A stretch of DNA of 63,365 nucleotides, the filler included, from Salisapilia sapeloensis CBS 127946 (lineage: Eukaryota > Protista > Oomycota), in NCBI GenBank assembly GCA_023334545.1. It is 4 parts of 4 records of this genome, joined end to end, with 100 filler letters (N's around TTAATTAATTAA, not from the genome) between each part and the next. Parts side by side here need not be neighbours in the genome. Positions count along the whole stretch, not along the records: positions 51,887 to 61,518 come from JAADVB010000461.1; positions 61,619 to 63,365 come from JAADVB010001057.1; 2 more parts are not named here. One strand, 5' to 3'. This document shows, in pieces, positions 55,452 through 63,365 of this stretch. Each line of letters starts with the position of its first letter. Within the stretch, counting starts at the first letter, position 1. The notes beneath the pieces are model-generated. The model was not told the DNA's origin. It saw only the letters and a program-made list of their open reading frames with translations, and did not search any database. Both the position numbers and the translations under genes were made by a program.

Positions 55452-56558
55452 CTACGGTAGTGCCAATAGTTTTCTCATTATTTGATTGCTCAAGTTCTTC
55501 TGCGCAGTGACGACAGGTTCGATCTGCACAGAGCGTAGAAACTCCATTCGGAGCAGCGATAGGTTTCGTAACTGATGATCAGCTCCTGGGAGCGACCTGT
55601 CCACGCATTCTTCCTTTCCGATCATCGGTGTAACTTGCTTCACAAAGCGAAAAGACTTACAGCTAGAGAGCTTCTTTATCACACGCAGCGAATTACTATG
55701 CAACCTTCTAGACAAATACTCTCGTATGCTACTGCCTTGCTTAAGCCGGATGATACCGAGGTCTATGAGTTGGATCATGCAAATGCTATACTGGACCTCT
55801 TCTTCGTACCACCGTCCTTGACGTGGCAAACACAGGTGCGTGAAAATACTGTCCGGTTTGAAACCTTGTAGCAAGAACGTGTTAGACCAGTCAACATTTC
55901 CTGCTGTGTCGAAATATAGTCTTTCGCGAACAATTAAGCCCTTAAGATAGAGCGAGCGAACGGTCACTGAAATTTCAGGAATCGAAAAGATTGTCCCATC
56001 TGGCGGGGAAGGCGATATATGTTTGTCTGCCAGGCATTCCGGAACCTCCGGTCTGTAGGCATTGCCAGAGAAGTGGAAGGGTATAGGTAAAAGACTCCAA
56101 CTTTGCATTTGTGGCAAAGGGAAGCCGATGGCTGCGTGGAGGTCTCTCTTTGGTGGAATTTTATTTACTTCATAGCTGTCCACCTCGCCTTGATTAGCAG
56201 TCCTGACGGACGGACGTGTGTCGCTCAAAGGGGTAGTTTCATTGCATACTCGATGGCGCTTAATAGGGGGGGGGCATAGTGCTCTTCTTGTGGTGGAATG
56301 TTGCGTTTGAGCACTATTCCGAGACTTGGAAGCATTTGTGATGCTTGATCTTCGTAAACCAAATTTGGATTCACTTTTGACTGAGAGCGACGTTGTGGAG
56401 TATTACTAGAGTTCGAAAGATCTTCTTGAGAGCAATGAGTCATAATTAGACTTTCGTTTCGGAGTATATTGATGGCCTTGATATCCTTGGCTGAGTCGTA
56501 GAAAGTAAAGTAAAATTACTTCTTCTGTCGGCTTACAATCGTAGGCGGAACTGTCGCC
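55452..56558 (-). CDS. Hypothetical nuclear protein with a Myb/SANT-like motif; apparent frameshift at the G9 run; 5' end unresolved
   Basis: GRWYEEEVQYSICMIQLIDLGIIRLKQGSSIREYLSRRLHSNSLRVIKKL. ORFs 56225-56443 and 55452-56228 would join if the C9 run on the coding strand had one more C. A 22-nt exon lies at 56537-56558. Confidence 0.55.
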
Positions 56559-58595
56559 CTGAGACCCGTAAGAATGTTAGAATCTACTTGTGATGAGGCG
56601 GACGAATTGGAAAATAATCCGCTTCCGTGCTTGAACACTGATCTATCTTTAAAAGCCCAACCGGTATACTTCTATAACGACTTGAGCTGGACAAATTTAC
56701 TGTCAAGCAACGAAGAGGTGCGCTAGGGGTGAGTATTTCCACTGCAGCCTTAAAGCAAATACAAGGTAGCAGCAAGCGCCCTCAATAGCTATAGAACATA
56801 TATGGACGGATGAAACGCACTAAAAGCAACCTTTAAAATGAATAGATAGACTGGAGAAAAGAGGTCGTATCGAGAAATCTCATAATAGCTAATACTACAT
56901 ACGAATTAAACTTGCTTTGTTGGTGTGCATTAGGCTATACACGCGCTATAAAACCACCACAGACAAAACCAGCACCCAATAGTTCTATTTTTCTTGTGGT
57001 CGTTAGAGCGTCACCACTCGTAGGGCTATTTCGCTGCCAAAGCCAAGTTTGGCCGTCATAAATAGCTTTGAGCCTTGCACCTGTACGCCTACCCCGCCAT
57101 TATATGTGGCAACTATGGTCCTAATGCCAAACCGTCGGCCAAATTTGGCAGCGCAAGTAGTCGTTGGAACTATGGATCTAAGCTACCAGCTGCTTTCTCG
57201 GACAGATGCCAGCTTCAGGCGCTATGTCAAAGTCTCGACGTTTCCAATCACAAGAATAAATAAAGGTAAGATTGTACGCCCAGTACGACTGAGAGTGACC
57301 AGCACGAATCTTTGTGTCTGTGGAAAAGAACCTTGACGTAAAAATGAAACATTTTTTTGCATTAGTATTAAGCTCTTCAACAAAAGAGTTAAGGATGTCG
57401 TCTATTAAGATAAACTTGCTTCCTTTTTTTGGTTAGGTAAATTGATGTCGAGTCACTTACGATGTAAAGCTTGCTTCATAAACTTTTAATCCTTTGAAAC
57501 AACAAAAATAGATTTTAGCTGTCGAGTAGCCGTATCGGTGCCGCGCCATCTAAAATAGAAATGCTATATTTGTAAATGACCCTTTGCTGGGTTTATGGAC
57601 AGGATACAATTATTTTATTGTTTTTATGCGAAAGAAACGGTATATTACGAAGGGCAGAATACAATACCCGTAAAAAATGGTGACGCTCTTAGGGCAATAT
57701 CATGTATATATTCCACTAGAACAGAACTCCTTCGATCGTTTCGGGTTCGTTGCAGCAGGGTTTGGAACTCTACAATACCAATACCAATTATTGCCAATTA
57801 AATAATTGCATGCCCGACCAGGTCGCTAATGGCGCAATCGCCACTATGCGTAGTTTCCAAACGCATGAAATGAGCTCCAGATGCTAAATAGCAAATATAA
57901 TGACTCAACCATTGTATGTAGAGGCTCAGGCGTCAACTGCGTCCGTAGGTGATCGTTCGTGGACACATTACCTCCGACGATTCAATAGAAAGCTGACTCG
58001 GCAGTCAACATTGCCATGGACTCGAGGAGCAGCTTCCAGATTTCTGGATAGGCTTCACGATCCCACATGTCCACTATCCTTGCTCACTTGTCCGACGACA
58101 CTAGACAGTGCTATCGCTACGGACTACCTGGTTCACTGGAACCGAGATCAGAACATCTAAGTTAGGTTTTCACTCGTCACGAGAGGTCCCTGTCCTTCAC
58201 TAACAGGGTTTCCCTTAACGGCTGTTAGCGCTCACATTAGGTAGATAATGATGTAGTGCAATAGACCGTGGTCTTAACCAAAAATAAAGACTCAATTACC
58301 TGAAGACACACGCAAATGGTACAAGTTCGACCCTTTACGTCTGCCCGAGCCACTTGAAGCGAACTAACATCTGGCTTTCTCTTGTCCCAAGAGATTTCTG
58401 TCACCAGAAGCTCTTCTTGGGCTATTGACATTCACTTTCATCTAAACCTAGGTAATGATATCATGGAATAGACCGTGCTTATTACGCAAAAAAGTAATCC
58501 GAGGACGGAAATGTAGTTCTAATATATATCGATTTAATGCAGATCGTTGCTGTTACAACGGAAGCTTTTTCCTATCGCATGGATACCAGTGACTT

Positions 58596-59430
58596 TCAAT
58601 CTTGTAATTCACGTATCTGTCGCATTGTCTGCCTCACTTTGTCCGCTTGTTGATGAAGGAATTTTAAAGTATGTTGAGCTTCATCCACATCCTCTTTAAG
58701 TTCCCACACAAGGTCGTAATACTGCTGCCGTCGGCCAAACAAATCCTCTTCGTCTTTTAAGCTTGCACGCAACTTTTTTTTACGTGGTAGAGATCGAGCT
58801 TCTTGTAAATAAAGTTCCTCGGATCCTACCTGTGTATGCTCCGTCTCCGCATTGAGTTCCATAAAAGTTGCCGAAATATTAGCTTGCTCCTGTGCCATCC
58901 ACGAATCGAGTTCGCTCACGCTATTAACACCCCCATCTAATGCATAACAGCGATGCTAGATGGTTCCATTCAATCTTAATCCTTCAGTATAGCAGATTAC
59001 TTACGAACGCCCGATAACATATTCGGTTTCGATTTCTCTTTCGTCTCTTTCATTTTCTTAAATAGCAAATGCGTTTTGCTCTTCATGCATAGCTCTTTGG
59101 ATGAAAGGTTTGACAATTTCCTGCATGACCTGAGTAGAAGTGTCCAATTCATCATCTACGAAATATACAAAGCGAGTTACTCCTTCCGAATCCATGACCA
59201 TACCTAGGCCATGTCGAAGCAACTCCTTCCATTGACCCGCGTACCGATCACCTCTCTCATTCACGAAAACACCATAGCCGTCTGCATGACCATTTGCAAA
59301 TTCTCCAGCATAAATTGCTCCACCAAAAAACGACGAATGCCGTTCCCATTCGGCACGCCGTGACTCAATTGACCTTCATACATAACACCGACAGGTGATT
59401 CTAACACGCCAATGCCATGTGGCACTTGGA
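58596..59430 (-). pseudogene. MORN-repeat + coiled-coil gene with two frame breaks (pseudogene or sequencing errors)
   Basis: MORN units YEGQLSHGVPNGNG, YAGEFANGHADGYG and YAGQWKELLRHGLG. The frame changes at the A6 run (59325-59330) and again near 59060. The final exon is a helical ORF at 58596-58919. Confidence 0.65.
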
Positions 59431-60364
59431 ATATAGACAAGATGAATGCTAAGCAGGATCTAAGTCACGCGAAATAAAGGCTTGACAATTTACATGAAGA
59501 ATATTGTCCTTGGTAAAATGAACCGTCATCAAGATATCAACATGCGGCTGAGTAGTCCGGTTGTAGTATAAAATTTTGGTTGCTTACTGCTTGATTACTT
59601 CGTAAAATACTTTTAGCATTAAAAAGCGATCGAGACGCTTGTGTCTTTTGGCCACTTCCACCTTCACTGCGACCTGCATCTCCTGTAGAGAGGCTATAGT
59701 TCATCTCCCTCGACCTTGTTCCTATTGATGGCTTTTAGTTCTTTCTCACAATTCCGACCTCTTCTATTTTTACACACTATCATATTAGGGGTTTCAGATT
59801 TTGTAATTTTTGGGATAAGATTAATCGGGAGGTGCCAGTTTCGATTAGAAGGGCTTGTAGTTCTGAGCTACCTTCGTATTCTGCTAAGAAATTACACCTA
59901 TCGGCTATGCTGATCAATTGCCCCTCTCAAGCAGCATACCGACATACATATCCATACTAGAGCCAAGCAAGCATAGCAAGCTCTTGTGAGAAACGAAAGT
60001 CGCGGACTCCAATGCTTGCTTATTAGGGGGTATCAAAGTTTCCTCATCGTGCAAAAGTTATCAGTAGTCTGCATCCATTATCATCTTCACCGGCCTGCAG
60101 AAATATCGGACCTTTCAGAGTATCAACATCCGATATTTGTACATCAGCTACCTACGGAGGTAGCTGATTTGGAATATAGCACGAAAATATAAGAACCGGA
60201 TGAAGAAACTATCAGTGTTGATGACATGAACTTATAAGACGAATTTTGGCAGCTTTGACTCTCCCTAAAATAAAGCGCGCAGATAATGAGCAAAAGATCT
60301 GGGGAAGTATAGCATGCCTTGGTACAAATATGAAGCTTAAAGTTATTGAGGAAATGAATCAATG

Positions 60365-61081
60365 CTATTCATTTTGGTTGATTGACGATGAAAGTGGAAC
60401 AACAAGATCATTTCTTCTGATAGTGAGTCTTTTCGCCCGTCGCTGAATGCCACTTTCTTTCACTGCTTGTGCATGATGTGACATGATAATGACTGCACAA
60501 TGGGTGAAGATTCTTTTCCAGGCCGCTTCGATGATAACATTCCATGCATCACCTGCGACGACTTCTAGCGCCTTTAAAAATACGCAGCCGAGTGCATCGT
60601 AATGTTCGAGCTTTACGCCGAACTGAAGATGTGTTTGCGTGATTTTGGTAACTTTTTCAAAGTCTTCGCCGCTGTCAAGTACTGTTTGGATACCAATACA
60701 TATATGATGGATGATCTTGCTTCGAGCTTGCATCGACAAGTGGAATGCAGGCATAAGTTGCGGCGCCTCTGTCGTTAGTATATTGAAGAACGCATCGTAG
60801 AGTTGACTGGCCGGCGAGCTCGGACAGGCGCCAAAACAGGGACTTTGTCGTGAATAAGATGGATTTGAACCACTAGACAGACCTGGCCGTTCACTCACAA
60901 ACTCTTCATTCCAAAACATTGCAGTTGCTTTAACGTCACTACGCAAGGCCTTTGTAAAAATTTGAAAGTGTGGCAAGTACTTCCGAACAAGCTTGCGCTG
61001 TTTGCAATTTAGCAGTGGCTGTAGCAATTCCTGAAAACGAGGGCGGATAGAGTTGTTTGCCTTGGAAGAATTTGAGCCCAT
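60365..61081 (-). CDS. Single-domain globin with N-terminal myristoylation-like motif
   Basis: MGSNSS start; B/C/CD helices LYDAFFNILTTEAPQLMPAF; proximal His in TQTHLQFGVKLEHY; H-helix AAWKRIF. Confidence 0.85.
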   Translation of the reverse strand: MGSNSSKANNSIRPRFQELLQPLLNCKQRKLVRKYLPHFQIFTKALRSDVKATAMFWNEEFVSERPGLSSGSNPSYSRQSPCFGACPSSPASQLYDAFFNILTTEAPQLMPAFHLSMQARSKIIHHICIGIQTVLDSGEDFEKVTKITQTHLQFGVKLEHYDALGCVFLKALEVVAGDAWNVIIEAAWKRIFTHCAVIIMSHHAQAVKESGIQRRAKRLTIRRNDLVVPLSSSINQNE

Positions 61082-61518
61082 GTAGCAGAAACCTGTTCAA
61101 GTGATTTGTGGAGCGGAATGCCCAGTACGTCTGAAAGCGACATTTTTTGCTGTCTGCTAAACCGCACGAAACATCCGTTCTTCGATCCTGTGCAATGCTA
61201 TAAGTAGATGAGGATGGTGATAAACCATTATTTGTATGGACCTTACAGACAAGTCACCGAGGGCGAAACAAATTACAGCTATTCAGTTGGCGTTAGCGAC
61301 TGTAGATGACACTTAGATAACGTCACTGCTTAGGAGGACGCGATCTTGGTAGCAGATTTTCTGAGACCGTGTTCGTGCATAATACCGATTCAGCATAATT
61401 GGGGGTTCAGGTTTTGTATCTCTACTCATGAGGAATCGAATCGGGCAATTCCGCGTTCGTTGAGAATCACCAATTTTGCTTTGCCGCTTGTCATTGGAAA
61501 TGTATCGAAGCGCTTCAA

Positions 61519-61618
61519 NNNNNNNNNNNNNNNNNNNNNNNNNNNNNNNNNNNNNNNNNNNNTTAATTAATTAANNNNNNNNNNNNNNNNNNNNNNNNNN
61601 NNNNNNNNNNNNNNNNNN
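61519..61618. other. Artificial contig linker
   Basis: 44 N + TTAATTAATTAA + 44 N. Confidence 0.97.
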
Positions 61619-62644
61619 CCAGCACTCCTCAGCGGTGGCATCGTCGGTCGAATGAAGTTCGGGTCGTACCTACTCTTCATCCTCCTATGGACGTCGATCG
61701 TCTACGATCCGCTCGCGCGATGGATGTGGGGCCTGCGCCTGAACAGCGACTACGAGGTCGAGGCCATCGGGTGGGAAGGCAAGATGGGCACGCTCGATTT
61801 TGCCGGCGGTACCGTCATCCACATCTCGAGCGGCTTCGGCGCTATGGTCGCCGCCATCGTGGTCGGCAAGCGCCACAACCACGGCGAGCCTGTGAAGCCT
61901 CACAACGTGCCTCTCGTCATGATCGGGTGCACGCTCCTCTGGTTCGGATGGTTCGGCTTCAACGCGGGTTCCGCCGGAGCGGCCAATGGCGTGGCTGCGA
62001 CGGCCGCGATGAACACGCACGTGGCGGCTTCGGCCGGTCTCTTGTCGTGGATCGGCATCGAGTACGCGCACAAGAAGACGTTCGACCCGTGCGGCGCGGC
62101 GAGCGGTGCGATCTCCGGACTCGTGTGCATCACGCCTGCGTGCGGGTTCGTGCTTCCGTGGCACTCGGTGATCTTCGGACTCTTGGGCGCTCTGACCGGA
62201 TACATCTTCATCGAGGTGAAGAACAAGCTCCGGTTCGACGACACGTTGGACTCGTTCGCGATACACGGGTGCGCCGGCTTCATGGGCGGCCTCCTCACGG
62301 GTCTCTTCGCGGTCGCGTCCGTGGGCGGCACGGACGGCGCGTTCTACGGTCATGGCATGCAGTTCGTGCATCAGTTGGCGTCGCAGTGCTTCGCGGCGGC
62401 GTACTCGACTGCGTGCACGTTCGTCATCCTGATGCTTCTCAAATACACTGTCGGCCTGCGCGTGGACGAAGACAAGGAGCGCGGCGGCATGGACATCTCG
62501 TACCACGGTGGCGGGGCGTACGAGTACAACACGAACACGTTCCAGTCGGCGAACCCGCCGGCCGGCTCCTTCCAGGAGATGATGACTCCGGCGACGACGA
62601 CCGAGTCCGGGAAGGAGGCGAAGGAGCCTGTGTCTTCTGCGTAA
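61619..62644 (+). CDS. amt: Ammonium transporter (Amt/Mep), 5' truncated
   Basis: LLSGGIVGRMKF, LDFAGGTVIHISSG, LWFGWFGFNAGS, GLVCITP and FDDTLDSFAIHG; both conserved pore His residues are present. Confidence 0.95.
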   Translation, partial: PALLSGGIVGRMKFGSYLLFILLWTSIVYDPLARWMWGLRLNSDYEVEAIGWEGKMGTLDFAGGTVIHISSGFGAMVAAIVVGKRHNHGEPVKPHNVPLVMIGCTLLWFGWFGFNAGSAGAANGVAATAAMNTHVAASAGLLSWIGIEYAHKKTFDPCGAASGAISGLVCITPACGFVLPWHSVIFGLLGALTGYIFIEVKNKLRFDDTLDSFAIHGCAGFMGGLLTGLFAVASVGGTDGAFYGHGMQFVHQLASQCFAAAYSTACTFVILMLLKYTVGLRVDEDKERGGMDISYHGGGAYEYNTNTFQSANPPAGSFQEMMTPATTTESGKEAKEPVSSA

Positions 62645-63365
62645 GTTTACTTTGTGCCTCCATGAATCGAGTAATGGACGAATGCATTTGTCTGGTGTAT
62701 TTGGTGTTGGAGTGAGTTGTGCATGTCCGAATCAAAATCTACTTGTTGGTCCTTTACGACGTCTATACCCAGGCGGAGGCGGGCGAGGGGCGGACGTACT
62801 GCGGGTGGACAAAGTCCCACATCTCGAGCGCCCGAGAGCTGTTGGATACTTTACAGTCAGAGCTGGCGAGCGGGTGGTGCTGGTATGCGCTGTACGTCTC
62901 TCTCCGCGTCTTGTGGAGCACCGTCGAGTACCGGTGCGGTTTCCTCCGGAGCCTCCATTTGGTCCGCAGTCTCCGCCACAGATGACTCAGTCTGCCAAGA
63001 ACCTTTCGTTTCATATCTGTATACCTTCTTTCCTTCCAACTTTGATGCGCGTCTCCGGAAGTTACACTTTGGAGCGACTCAGAGGCAGCGGAGGTGTCGG
63101 GTGGAGGTGGAAGAAACCGGTGGGATGTGAAGGGTCGACTTGTCCGGTGGAGGAGCATCTATTTTTCGTGGAGCATGTCGCTGGAATATCTTCACCCTGG
63201 GAAGAGAGGTCGTGCCGAGTAGGACCGCTAGGTTACCATTCACCAGCGCTGGAGATGTCGCTGCGTGCCGCTTGAGGGCATATGATGCTGAAGTTGACTT
63301 GAAGTATCGTTGAAGTTAGCCACGTACGGTCGCCGAGAGAGCCATCAGCGCGAGACGCGTAAAAG

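Noticed and set aside
61685-62715. 273-aa antisense and 342-aa alternative-frame ORFs over the AMT gene
   Set aside because: Expected stop-poor shadow frames in high-GC3 coding DNA; Arg-rich with no motifs.
62652-63365. Several overlapping ORFs and a possible minus-strand intron after AMT
   Set aside because: No frame could be favoured; possibly the 3' part of a gene extending beyond the window.
1-63365. tRNA, rRNA or CRISPR arrays
   Set aside because: No cloverleaf with A/B boxes, no rRNA-like stretch and no regularly spaced repeats were seen.

Overview
Gene-dense eukaryotic DNA, most likely from an oomycete-like stramenopile. This is inferred from 50-65 nt GT-AG introns with CTAAC branch points, an oomycete Inr/FPR core promoter, and GT60 and CYP86-clan genes. 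The window is not one contiguous locus. Four contigs are joined by artificial 100-nt linkers (44 N + TTAATTAATTAA + 44 N) at 26984-27083, 51787-51886 and 61519-61618, so neighbourhoods across linkers carry no biological meaning. About 30 protein genes can be called, mostly housekeeping: LMBRD2-like, CDC27, MOB1, ABHD18-like, RPL37, CLC, MAT1, PPIL2, CDKL, PA200, SDA1, PEX10, RRP45, TFIIA-gamma-like and AMT. The more unusual items are: an 86-aa, 24-Cys metallothionein-type ORF with a clean core promoter and an upstream palindrome; an LRR-TM-pseudokinase with a possible COR-like tail; a tandem FAIM-like + WW protein; a potentially N-myristoylated globin; a membrane-anchored GH18 chitinase; an SF-assemblin-like coiled coil; a MITE-like element; an inverted dispersed repeat; a duplicated gene fragment; and an AT-richer block (55-61.5 kb) whose genes are broken at homopolymer runs. 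No rRNA, tRNA or CRISPR array was recognised. All family assignments come from motif recognition by eye; no database searches were run.
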